Source: Horticoccus luteus
Lineage (GTDB): Bacteria; Verrucomicrobiota; Verrucomicrobiia; Opitutales; Opitutaceae
Length of the DNA stretch: 32,000 bases
Reading direction: 5' to 3'
Assembly: GCF_019464535.1 (NCBI RefSeq)
Contig: NZ_CP080507.1
Coordinates: forward strand, 4,110,001 to 4,142,000
Notes under the pieces: generated by a model
What the model saw: only the letters and a program-made list of their open reading frames with translations
Told to the model about the DNA's origin: nothing
Databases searched by the model: none
Shown here: positions 24,647 through 32,000 of the stretch, piece by piece
Position numbering within the stretch: position 1 is the first letter of the stretch
Layout: the number at the start of each line of letters is the position of its first letter
Position numbers and translations under genes: made by a program

Positions 24647-25797
24647 GCTTTGGAGTGAACCGTCAGAATCGTCGTCAACGCCGACGCCACGCGCGCCACG
24701 TCTTCCCGCGTCATCGCGGGAAACAGCGGCAACGAAAGAATGTTGCGACCGATGCGCTCCGCGATCGGGAAGTCGCCGTCCTTCCACCCGAGCGCACGGT
24801 AAACCTTGAACAAATGAATCGCCGGATAATGCACGCCCGTGCCGATGCCCGCCGCGTGCAATTGCGCCATCACTTCGGCCCGCTTCGCGTTGAGGCGCTG
24901 CTCCGGCAGCACGATTTGAAACATGTGCCAGTTCGACTGCGCGAAATCCCGCGGCGGCAATTCCACGCCGAGCCCGCGAAACGCCGGCGCATCAAACGCC
25001 TCGAAATACGCCCGCGCGAGTTCGCGCCGCTTCGTGTTGAACGTCTCCAAATGCGGCAGTTGCCCAAGCCCCACGCGCGCGGCGACGTCCGTCAGGTTGA
25101 ACTTTCCGCCGACCACCTCGACCTCCATGCCGTCAAACCCCGTGCGCACCACGCCCTGCAACCGATACTGCTCCGCCAATTTCGCCTCGCGCTCGTCGTT
25201 CATCACGAGACAACCGCCCTCGATCGTCGTGACGTTTTTGTTGGGGTGGAAACTGATCGAAACAAAATCCCCCGCCGCGCCAATCTTCCGCCCTGCCCAG
25301 TTACTCCCCAGCGATTGCGCCGCATCCTCCACCACGCGCAACCCATGCTTTTGCGCGATCGCGTAAAGTCGGTCGCGATCCACCGGCAGCCCCGCCAGAT
25401 CCACCGGAATGATGGCGCGCGTGCGCGGCGTGATCGCGGCCTCGATGCGCTCCAGGTCGATGTTGCGCGTCACCGGATCGATGTCCACGAACACCGGCCG
25501 CGCGCCGACCTCGAGCACAACGTTGCTCGTCGCCACCCACGAAAGCGGCGTCGTAATCACTTCGTCGCCCTCGCCGATGCCCGCAATGCGCAACGCGATC
25601 TCCATCGTGCATGTGCCCGAGTTGAACACCCGCACCGGACGACCGCCGCAATACGCCGACAACTGCGCCTCCAACTCCTTCGCCTTGGGACCGGTCGTCA
25701 GCCACCCTGAGCGCAGCACGTCGGCCACGCCGTTGATGGTTTCCTCGTCGATGGTCGGACGCGTAAGCGGGAGAAACGGCTGAGCGGTGGTGGACAT
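24643..25797 (-). CDS. arnB: UDP-4-amino-4-deoxy-L-arabinose--oxoglutarate aminotransferase (DegT/DnrJ/EryC1 family)
   Basis: ATG at 25797 inside ORF 24643..26163 gives MSTTAQPFLPLTRPTIDEETINGVADVLRSGWLTTGPKAKELE.... The PLP-lysine context SFHPNKNVT is present. The upstream extension in the ORF track overlaps arnT and is Arg-rich junk. Confidence 0.9.
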   Translation of the reverse strand: MSTTAQPFLPLTRPTIDEETINGVADVLRSGWLTTGPKAKELEAQLSAYCGGRPVRVFNSGTCTMEIALRIAGIGEGDEVITTPLSWVATSNVVLEVGARPVFVDIDPVTRNIDLERIEAAITPRTRAIIPVDLAGLPVDRDRLYAIAQKHGLRVVEDAAQSLGSNWAGRKIGAAGDFVSISFHPNKNVTTIEGGCLVMNDEREAKLAEQYRLQGVVRTGFDGMEVEVVGGKFNLTDVAARVGLGQLPHLETFNTKRRELARAYFEAFDAPAFRGLGVELPPRDFAQSNWHMFQIVLPEQRLNAKRAEVMAQLHAAGIGTGVHYPAIHLFKVYRALGWKDGDFPIAERIGRNILSLPLFPAMTREDVARVASALTTILTVHSKA

Positions 25798-25798
25798 G

Positions 25799-27487
25799 TC
25801 AGGGCTGGTTGCTGAACAGATAATGGTCCCGCGTTTCGCCGAGCAAATGATAACGAAACGCCGGCTCCGCCAAGAGCGGGCCGAGATCCTTCTTGCGCGC
25901 CACCACCCACAGCCGCGCCGGTCCGGCCCACGCGCGGTGAAACTCCGCGTCGTCGATGAAGCGCCCGCTGTCTCGCGCTGCTGGGTCTTCTTCCAGTTCC
26001 AACTCTCCCTTGAACGCCACGAGACCCACGGTCTGCCGCGCGTAGAACGTGAAGTCGTGAAAAAATTCGTGGTAATGCAGCACGCGATCCCCCGGTTTCG
26101 CCTCCGCCCGCACCTGCAACGCCAGTTCCTTCGTGCCCGGTCGCTGAATGTGCGGCGCCGCATAAGTCAGCACACCGAGGAAAAACACCATCGTCACCGC
26201 GATCGTGGCCACCGCCGAACGGCCGCCCCGCGTTTTCGCCCGCCACGGCGCGAGCACGCCCCCCAACATCAGCACCGCCGCCATCGTGATCGCGAACGGC
26301 CGCAGCACCTGCGCCTGCGCCGGATCGCGGATGATTCCCGGCTTGAGCACCACGACCACCAACGCCACCGCCAGCAGCCCCGCCACAAACGAAAACGTCC
26401 GCACACCGGCGCTCAACCGCCCCGCACCCGCCCGCCAGGCCGCCGTCACGCCTACGCCGGCCAACACCGCCAACGCCGGAAAAATCGGCAGGATGTACGG
26501 CACAAGCTTCGAATGTGATTTCGTGAAAAACAGAAAGATAAACGCCGCCCACGTCACAAGAAACCACGCGTCGACGTTGGCCTTGCGGGCCGCCCAACCG
26601 CCGCGCAACGCCTCCCGCGCCCCGCTCCACACAAAGCCCGTCCATGGAAACAGGCCGAAGAAAATGATCGGCACGAAATACCACACCGGCCCCGGCCGGC
26701 TCGCGACGGGCGACATGAACCGCTCCCAGTGTTCATAAACGAAATACCGCTGCGCCCACGTCGGGTTGTGCAGATGTGCCAGCACGTGCCACGGCACGGC
26801 GATCGCGAGAAACACCAGGGCGCCCGTCGGCAGGTGCAGCGGACGCAGCCGCTTCCATTGGTTGAACACCAGCAGCCACAAAAACATCACCGCGCCCGTG
26901 ACGAGGAAGCCCATCAAGCCCTTCGTCAGCGTCGCCAAGGCCATGCTCGCATACACGCCATACATCAGCCAACGCCGCCGCCCGCCCGGCGGCGCCCGCA
27001 TCGCCAGCACGAAGCAAAACAGCGCCGCGCTCATGAGCACCGACACCGCCATATCGAGCAGGATGATCCGCCCGAGCGCGAAGAAGAGCAGCGAAGTCCC
27101 CAGCGCCACGCCCGCCGCCACACCCGCCGCGCGGCCATACAACGCGCGCCCCGCCGCGTAGGTGAGCAACACGCCCGCGAGCGCAAATAGCGCCGGCACC
27201 GCGCGCACCGCCCACTCGTTCAACCCGAAAACTCGCTCGCTCGCCGCCGTCACCCAATACACCAGCGGCGGCTTTTCGAAATAGTTCACGCCGTCGAGCC
27301 GCGGCGTCACCCAGTCGCCGGTCGCCAGCATCTCCCGCGGAATCTCCGCGTAACGTCCCTCGTCCGGGTTCCCCAACGGATAACTGCCGAGCCGAAAGCC
27401 GAACAGCGCGGCAAACAGCAATGCGAGCAGCATGAGGTCGCGCGTCCACGACACACGATCCGGGGCAACGTCAGGCGAGGAAACCAT
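25799..27487 (-). CDS. arnT: undecaprenyl phosphate-alpha-L-Ara4N transferase-like glycosyltransferase (GT83/PMT_2 family, 562 aa)
   Basis: ORF track 25799..27487(-). The N-terminal motif NPDEGRYAEIPREMLATGDWVTPRLDGVNYFEKPPLVYW is typical of ArnT/PMT-type lipid-linked sugar transferases. About 12 TMs. The stop codon (25799-25801) is 1 nt from the arnB start. Confidence 0.8.
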   Translation of the reverse strand: MVSSPDVAPDRVSWTRDLMLLALLFAALFGFRLGSYPLGNPDEGRYAEIPREMLATGDWVTPRLDGVNYFEKPPLVYWVTAASERVFGLNEWAVRAVPALFALAGVLLTYAAGRALYGRAAGVAAGVALGTSLLFFALGRIILLDMAVSVLMSAALFCFVLAMRAPPGGRRRWLMYGVYASMALATLTKGLMGFLVTGAVMFLWLLVFNQWKRLRPLHLPTGALVFLAIAVPWHVLAHLHNPTWAQRYFVYEHWERFMSPVASRPGPVWYFVPIIFFGLFPWTGFVWSGAREALRGGWAARKANVDAWFLVTWAAFIFLFFTKSHSKLVPYILPIFPALAVLAGVGVTAAWRAGAGRLSAGVRTFSFVAGLLAVALVVVVLKPGIIRDPAQAQVLRPFAITMAAVLMLGGVLAPWRAKTRGGRSAVATIAVTMVFFLGVLTYAAPHIQRPGTKELALQVRAEAKPGDRVLHYHEFFHDFTFYARQTVGLVAFKGELELEEDPAARDSGRFIDDAEFHRAWAGPARLWVVARKKDLGPLLAEPAFRYHLLGETRDHYLFSNQP

Positions 27488-27640
27488 GGCGATGGCAACG
27501 CACGTTATTTCCCGCCCGACGCAACGCCATTGTTTTCCGCATCGTGGGCCGCAGCGGAGAGTTTCTCAACGTCGCGGAAAGTATCCGCTTTCGTGAGTCT
27601 GGGCGCTGCGCGGCGGCCACGGCTCCGCGTCGGCCGCCCG

Positions 27641-27985
27641 TCAGTTGTTGCCCGGCGAATAGCCAAACGCCGGCACCGCACCGCCGACCGCCAGCTCCTC
27701 TTCCGCGTGCTCCTCTTCCGCCGGCAATTCCTCGAGCGGCGCAAAGCGCTCCGACGAAAAGCCGAGTTCCTGCTTGTTCGCCATGAAGGGATCGGCCGGG
27801 TTCGTCAGCTCCTGCAACAAGAGCCCCACCGTCGCGGAGTCGCCTCCGTTCACGATTTTCTCCCGACCGAGAAAAACTTCGCGAATCGTGTAAACGTTCC
27901 CCTTCACGGGCAACTGCTTGTAGATCGCCTTCACGAATGCCGGGAAGGTGTCGTTAATGCAGGCAACTCTTTGGCCTTTGACCAT
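27641..27985 (-). CDS. hypothetical protein (114 aa) with acidic C-terminal tail
   Basis: ORF track 27641..27985(-), MVKGQRVACINDTFPAFVKAIYKQLPVKGNVYTIREVFLGREKIV.... It has a balanced, non-repetitive composition, unlike the antisense artefacts. It fills the gap between GH78 and arnT on the same strand. No family recognised. Confidence 0.55.
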   Translation of the reverse strand: MVKGQRVACINDTFPAFVKAIYKQLPVKGNVYTIREVFLGREKIVNGGDSATVGLLLQELTNPADPFMANKQELGFSSERFAPLEELPAEEEHAEEELAVGGAVPAFGYSPGNN

Positions 27986-28160
27986 GCCGCCACGATAACC
28001 GGGTCCCGCCGCGCGTCACGTGCGAACGCATACTTTTCGCGCCAAATGCAGGATCTTCCGATGCCCAACGCCTCGCGAACTCCTGCTTCCCTTGGGCCGG
28101 AACTCTGTGCGCTGTTCCGCGGCCGACGTCTTACTCGATGGGCGGATGAATCTGCTCAAC

Positions 28161-31100
28161 CTAACCGCCGCTCCGGCGCGGCACCGCGAATCGATAGCTC
28201 CCGGAGCCGACCTCGCAGCTCACCGCGCCGTCGGTCGCCGTCACTGCGCGCACATCGTCGCGCCCACCCAACGCGCGTCCGCCTTCCGTCGCCTGCTCCG
28301 CCCCGCCCGGCAGCGTCACGATTCCCGTGGTGTTCGGCGGCAACTCGACTTCGACGAGCAGTTGCCCCGCCGCGATGCGCCACGCCACCGCCACGCGCCC
28401 GCGCGCCGATTTCTGCTCCGCCCGCGCCCAGGAAATTCCTGCCACCGGCTGCGGACGAATCTGCACGCGCGCGAAGCCCGGCCCACTCACATCCGGCGCG
28501 AGCCCCGCGAGATCGCGGTAAAACCACTCCATGATGTGCCCCAGCATGAAGTGATTATGCGAGAGGTCGCGCGCCGCGTGCCACGACTCCGCCAGGCTCG
28601 TGCAACCCAGCTTGAGCTGATAACCGTAGCCCGGTTTTTCGCTCTGCGCATTCATCGCCTGCACCACATCGGAGCGCCCGTTTTCCGCCAACGCCTGCAA
28701 CAGGTAACGGAAACCGACATCGCCCGCCGTCAGCGCATCGCCCCGCCCGCGCACATCGCGCACGATCGCATCGAGCACGGCCGCCCGGTTCTCCGGTGCG
28801 ACGAGTCCGCTCGCCAGCGGCAACGCATTCGCGCACTGCGAACCCGTCGCGTAGCTCCCGCTCGCCGCATCGAAAAATTTCGCGTTAAACGCCTCGCGAA
28901 TCACGTCCGCCTGCTGCGCCAGCGTCGCCGCATCCGCCGTCTCGCCGAGATGCCCGGCGATCTTCGCCATGACCCGCGTATCGAGAAAATAAAACGCCGT
29001 CGCCGTCAGCGCCACCGGCGTGAGCTGCGCAAACGCCGGTCGCCCTGGCCCGAGATCGCACCAATCCCCGAGGCCATGCGAAAGAATGTGCCCTTCCGCC
29101 TGGCTCGCCAGATGCGCGAGGTAGCGTTTCATCGCGCCATAGTGCCGGCGCAACGGCGTGTCGTCGCCCGTCCACTCGAAGTGCTGCCACGCCGCCAGGA
29201 TCAGCGCGCTGCCCCACTCCGGCGAATCGCGAAACCCTTCCGAAAACTGGATGTATTCCGGCGCGATGTCGGGCACGAGGCCGTTCGCGAGTTGCGCGTC
29301 GGCCATGTCATCGAACGTCTTCAGAAACATCCGCGTGAGGTCGAACTCGTAGCGCAACGACGGGCCGTTGAGATGATATTGTTCGAGCCAGCCGAGCTTC
29401 TCGCGATGCGGGCAATCCGTGATCACGTGCGCGAGATTGCTGCGTTGCGCCCAACGAATCAGCGGCCGGATGCGGTTGAATAAATCGCTCGCACACGCGA
29501 AGTCGCCCGTCGCCGGCGATGCCGAATGCACCACCACGCTTTCGAGCGCCACAATGTGCGGCAGCACGCCGTCCTCGCCCGGCGTCAACCGCGCTTCGAG
29601 ATAACGTCCGCCGTGATAGAAAAATCGCGGAAACCACGTCTCTTCGTCACCGCGCCCCGCCAGCGTGTAGCGCCACCACGAATCCGACAATCCCGTGCCG
29701 CCCGAGCCGACACCATTGATCGATGCGCGGTCGATCGAGCCATCCGGATGCGCCAGCTCCGCCGGAATCAAAGTCACCGTCGCGCCCCGCGAACCGCGCA
29801 CCGTCAGGCGCGGCATGATCGACGCGTTCTGGCCGAAATCGAACACCTGCACGCCGGGCCGCAGCGTGCGCACGCCCACCGGACGCAGCGTTTCAAACGC
29901 GCGCATCGGCGGCGCCGCATGCGAAAATCCCCGCAGTTCACCCCCCGGCCCCGCGTGCGTCACCGCACTCGTCCAGCCCGCCACATCCGCCGCCGCCGTA
30001 TCCCAGCCCGCTTGCTCCAACCGCGCATCGTGATCTTCGCCGCCGTAAACACTCGCAAAGGTCGTCGGCCCCTCCCGCACCTGCCAACGCTCGTCCGTGC
30101 CGACGATCTCCACCGTGCCGTCCGCGTATTCGAACCGCAGTTGCGCGATGACCGTGAGCGGCCGAAACGCGTTCTCCAGTTTCAGGTAACGCCCGGGCCG
30201 CACATTGTAAAAGCCGCTGCCCAGAAACACGCCCGCGCCATTGGCGCCTTCGCGCACGAGTGGCGTGATGTCGTGCGTATCGTAAAGGCACGTTTTGGTG
30301 TAGGTCGTCCAGCCCGGCGCCAGCAAATCGAGCCCCACGCGCGCGCCATTGATCGAGAGCTCGTGGTGCCCGAGTCCGCACACATGCAGCAACGCCCGCT
30401 TCAACCCGCGCCGCACCGTGAACGTCCGCCGCGCGAGCAGCGTCGCGTTGTCGCGCGGGTTCGCGCCGCGCATCACTTTGCCATCGACGAGCGCCGCGAC
30501 CGACCACCGCTCGCTCTCCTCGCTGTCGCTCGCCGTCACCGTTGCGCCCGCCGCGATATTGACGCCGCCCGCGAGCACCGCGATCTGGCTCAGCCGCAGA
30601 TAGAACCCGTGCCCGTCGCCATGCAGTTTCGTCACCGTGAGCCGCACGTAACGCACCGTGGTCGACGGCACGGGACGTACCGCGCACACGTGATAGTTCC
30701 ACGGAAAGTCCTCGGCCGTTTGGTCCACCAGCGTCACCACTTCGCGGAAATCCGCCTGCGTCGCTCCTTCGATTTTGAAGCGCTGCGGAAATCCCAACCA
30801 CTCCACGTCGCCGTAACGCACACCATAGAGATGCACTTCGTCGATCGTCCGCTCGGCGCCCAGGTCGAGCGTGATCCATTTCGTCGTCTCCGCGGTCGCC
30901 GCCGGTTCGGAACGATAGCCCCATTGCGGCCGCACCCACTTCAGCAGCTCGGCGTCCGTGATCCATTTCGCCTGCCAGTCCGCCGGCGTCAGCACGCCCA
31001 TCGTCCACGTCGCAATCTCGCTCCACGCCGATTCGCCGCCCGTCTCGTCCCACACGCGCACGCGCCAGAAAATCTCCTCACTGGAACGCAGCGGCCGGCC

Positions 31101-31379
31101 GCCATACCGCAGGAACGTCTGCTGGTCCGACGCCACGCGTCCGCTGTCCCAAGCGTCGACGTTGCCGTCGGCCAGCGCGGCCCGCGCCGTCGCCGCCTGC
31201 ACCTGATACGCCGTCTGGCGCCGCCCGCGACCTTCGCCGCGCAGCTTCCAACTCAAGCGCGGCGGCGCCGCATCCACGCCCAACGGCGACGCTTCGCCAT
31301 CGCAACGCAGATCGTAACACGTCAACGGTTGGACTGCACGGTGGAGAGACGCAGGGGCGGAGACGCTCGGAGAGCTCAT
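28161..31379 (-). CDS. alpha-L-rhamnosidase (GH78) with F5/8 type C (discoidin)-like insert, 1072 aa
   Basis: ATG at 31379 inside ORF 28161..31427. The N-terminus matches GH78 (LRCDGEASPLGVDAAPPRLSWKL...RRQTAYQVQAAT...WDSGRVASDQQTFLRYGG-PL-S-EEIFWRVRVWDE). A discoidin-like stretch follows (KWITLDLGAERTIDEVHLYGV...VRYVRLTVTKL). A six-hairpin catalytic region is present (DCPHREKLGWLEQ, GLGDWCD). No obvious signal peptide. Confidence 0.85.
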   Translation of the reverse strand: MSSPSVSAPASLHRAVQPLTCYDLRCDGEASPLGVDAAPPRLSWKLRGEGRGRRQTAYQVQAATARAALADGNVDAWDSGRVASDQQTFLRYGGRPLRSSEEIFWRVRVWDETGGESAWSEIATWTMGVLTPADWQAKWITDAELLKWVRPQWGYRSEPAATAETTKWITLDLGAERTIDEVHLYGVRYGDVEWLGFPQRFKIEGATQADFREVVTLVDQTAEDFPWNYHVCAVRPVPSTTVRYVRLTVTKLHGDGHGFYLRLSQIAVLAGGVNIAAGATVTASDSEESERWSVAALVDGKVMRGANPRDNATLLARRTFTVRRGLKRALLHVCGLGHHELSINGARVGLDLLAPGWTTYTKTCLYDTHDITPLVREGANGAGVFLGSGFYNVRPGRYLKLENAFRPLTVIAQLRFEYADGTVEIVGTDERWQVREGPTTFASVYGGEDHDARLEQAGWDTAAADVAGWTSAVTHAGPGGELRGFSHAAPPMRAFETLRPVGVRTLRPGVQVFDFGQNASIMPRLTVRGSRGATVTLIPAELAHPDGSIDRASINGVGSGGTGLSDSWWRYTLAGRGDEETWFPRFFYHGGRYLEARLTPGEDGVLPHIVALESVVVHSASPATGDFACASDLFNRIRPLIRWAQRSNLAHVITDCPHREKLGWLEQYHLNGPSLRYEFDLTRMFLKTFDDMADAQLANGLVPDIAPEYIQFSEGFRDSPEWGSALILAAWQHFEWTGDDTPLRRHYGAMKRYLAHLASQAEGHILSHGLGDWCDLGPGRPAFAQLTPVALTATAFYFLDTRVMAKIAGHLGETADAATLAQQADVIREAFNAKFFDAASGSYATGSQCANALPLASGLVAPENRAAVLDAIVRDVRGRGDALTAGDVGFRYLLQALAENGRSDVVQAMNAQSEKPGYGYQLKLGCTSLAESWHAARDLSHNHFMLGHIMEWFYRDLAGLAPDVSGPGFARVQIRPQPVAGISWARAEQKSARGRVAVAWRIAAGQLLVEVELPPNTTGIVTLPGGAEQATEGGRALGGRDDVRAVTATDGAVSCEVGSGSYRFAVPRRSGG

Positions 31380-31414
31380 GGGTGGGAAAACGCGCGCCAC
31401 CGCACGCGAAACGC

Positions 31415-31459
31415 GCCACCGGTGCAAGCGCCATGCGCGTGCACCGGTGGCACTTTTTT
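31415..31459. terminator. strong hairpin (11-bp stem) between the rnk-like gene and GH78; orientation ambiguous
   Basis: GCCACCGGTGC (31415-31425), 15-nt loop, GCACCGGTGGC (31441-31451). The T6 run (31454-31459) follows the stem on the PLUS strand and overlaps the rnk-like stop codon. On the minus strand, where both neighbours are coded, only GTTTCG follows the stem. Confidence 0.45.
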
Positions 31460-31865
31460 AAGCCGCCGACACCGCTTCCTGCTTCGCCGGCGCCACCCGC
31501 GTCAGGCGCAGGCGCCGCGTGCCGCCGGGCATTTCCCAGGCGATTTCCGCGCCCTCGGCGTAACCGAGCAGCGCGGTGCCCAGCGGTGCGAGCACCGAGA
31601 GGCGGCCGCGGGTCGGATCGGCGCGTTCGGGCAGCGTCAACGTGTAGTGGTCAACTTCGTTGGTATCGAGATCGAGCACCGCCACGCTCGACTCCAGGCC
31701 GACCACGTTGGGCGGCAGAGTCGGCACGATGGTGGCGCGATCCAGTTCAGACCGCAGGCGGGCGAGGGTCTTCGCCGTGCGTGCGTCGGAGGCCGTCACG
31801 CCGGAAAGGCGCAGCCGGAGGTTTTCGCAGTCGTTGGCCGAGATGTAGATAATGGGTTCGTTCAT
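31458..31865 (-). CDS. rnk: GreA/GreB-family protein, regulator of nucleoside diphosphate kinase (Rnk)-like (135 aa)
   Basis: ORF track 31458..31865(-). The C-terminal FKBP-like Gre domain (LSVLAPLGTALLGYAEGAEIAWEMPGGTRRLRLTRV) parallels E. coli Rnk ([27 protein letters not shown]). Size also matches Rnk. Confidence 0.8.
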   Translation of the reverse strand: MNEPIIYISANDCENLRLRLSGVTASDARTAKTLARLRSELDRATIVPTLPPNVVGLESSVAVLDLDTNEVDHYTLTLPERADPTRGRLSVLAPLGTALLGYAEGAEIAWEMPGGTRRLRLTRVAPAKQEAVSAA

Positions 31866-32000
31866 AGAGAAACCAGGGTTGAGGGTTGGGGTAAACGAGC
31901 CGCCGCCGGTCGGACGGCGACCCGGGTGAGAAAATCGAGGTCTTCGGTCGAGAGCGTGAAATCCGTCGCGGCCAGCAACTCGCGGAGTTGCGGCGCGCTC
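31862..32000 (-). CDS. C-terminal fragment of an upstream gene (possibly aldo/keto-reductase-like tail), runs off the right edge
   Basis: My reverse-strand translation is SAPQLRELLAATDFTLSTEDLDFLTRVAVRPAAARLPQPSTLVSL*. Its TGA overlaps the rnk-like ATG (ATGA at 31862-31865). The L-x-x-E-D-L-x-x-L tail resembles AKR C-termini, but 45 aa is too little for a firm call. Confidence 0.4.
   Translation of the reverse strand, partial: SAPQLRELLAATDFTLSTEDLDFLTRVAVRPAAARLPQPSTLVSL

Noticed and set aside
27494-27526. Two copies of GCAACGC (27494-27500 and 27520-27526), 26 bp apart, just upstream of the arnT start. Considered as response-regulator half-sites.
   Set aside because: They are 7-mers in GC-rich DNA, located within about 40 bp of the start codon and so more likely in the 5' UTR. 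The spacing is not an integral number of helical turns. No support beyond the repeat itself.
31380-31427. Upstream start (ATG at 31427) for the GH78 gene, which would add MHRWRVSRAVARVFPP.
   Set aside because: The extension runs into the hairpin region and does not create a signal or TAT peptide. The ATG at 31379 gives a sensible N-terminus. The choice has little functional consequence and remains unverified.
1-32000. Searched for a mobile element or phage-defence island: transposase, integrase, inverted terminal repeats, restriction/helicase/nuclease signatures, CRISPR repeats, flanking tRNA genes.
   Set aside because: None seen. All confidently assigned genes are envelope, transport, redox or carbohydrate functions. 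No spaced identical repeats of CRISPR type and no tRNA-like sequences were noticed in the intergenic regions.

Overview
High-GC bacterial chromosomal segment. Spot counts on single 60-nt lines run from about 48-53% GC (SWIB and arnA-decarboxylase genes) to about 77-80% (genes at 4.8-7.2 kb). I call 28 protein-coding genes (2 are edge fragments), 2 clear rho-independent terminators, 1 ambiguous terminator-like hairpin and 2 small repeats. I saw no rRNA, tRNA, CRISPR array, transposase or integrase. Many long ORFs in the six-frame track are Arg/Pro/His-rich antisense artefacts of the high GC content and are not reported. Gene content (a free-standing SWIB-domain protein, envelope genes) tentatively suggests a PVC/Verrucomicrobia-like organism; this is inference only. 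Block 1 (1-11.3 kb) is an envelope-export island. On the minus strand, a tandem-GAF protein and a PqqD-like/M50 (site-2) metalloprotease each carry a C-terminal HlyD-type periplasmic-adaptor domain. Divergently, a 7-gene plus-strand operon encodes a small poly-Gly/Pro lipoprotein, an OMF lipoprotein, an MFP lipoprotein, an ABC ATPase, an FtsX/MacB-type permease, a second TolC and a short anchorless MFP, and it ends in a terminator. The island therefore holds 4 adaptor domains and 2 outer-membrane factors but only 1 recognisable energised transporter. This is my main candidate for an undescribed system: a protease-coupled, ligand-gated peptide or protein release machine. Block 2 (11.5-20 kb) holds a membrane-anchored diheme cytochrome c, two convergent EamA/DMT transporters, a SWIB/MDM2-domain protein, a heterodimeric ABC exporter with one degenerate ATP site, and a lone LptF/LptG-family permease. 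Block 3 (20-27.5 kb) is a complete minus-strand L-Ara4N lipid A modification cluster in the order arnT-arnB-arnC-arnA(FT)-arnA(DH)-arnD. ArnA is split and no arnE/arnF is present; the cluster is followed by a small internally duplicated membrane protein. Block 4 (27.6-32 kb) holds an orphan 114-aa protein, a 1072-aa GH78 alpha-L-rhamnosidase with a discoidin-like insert, an Rnk/GreA-like regulator and a C-terminal gene fragment.
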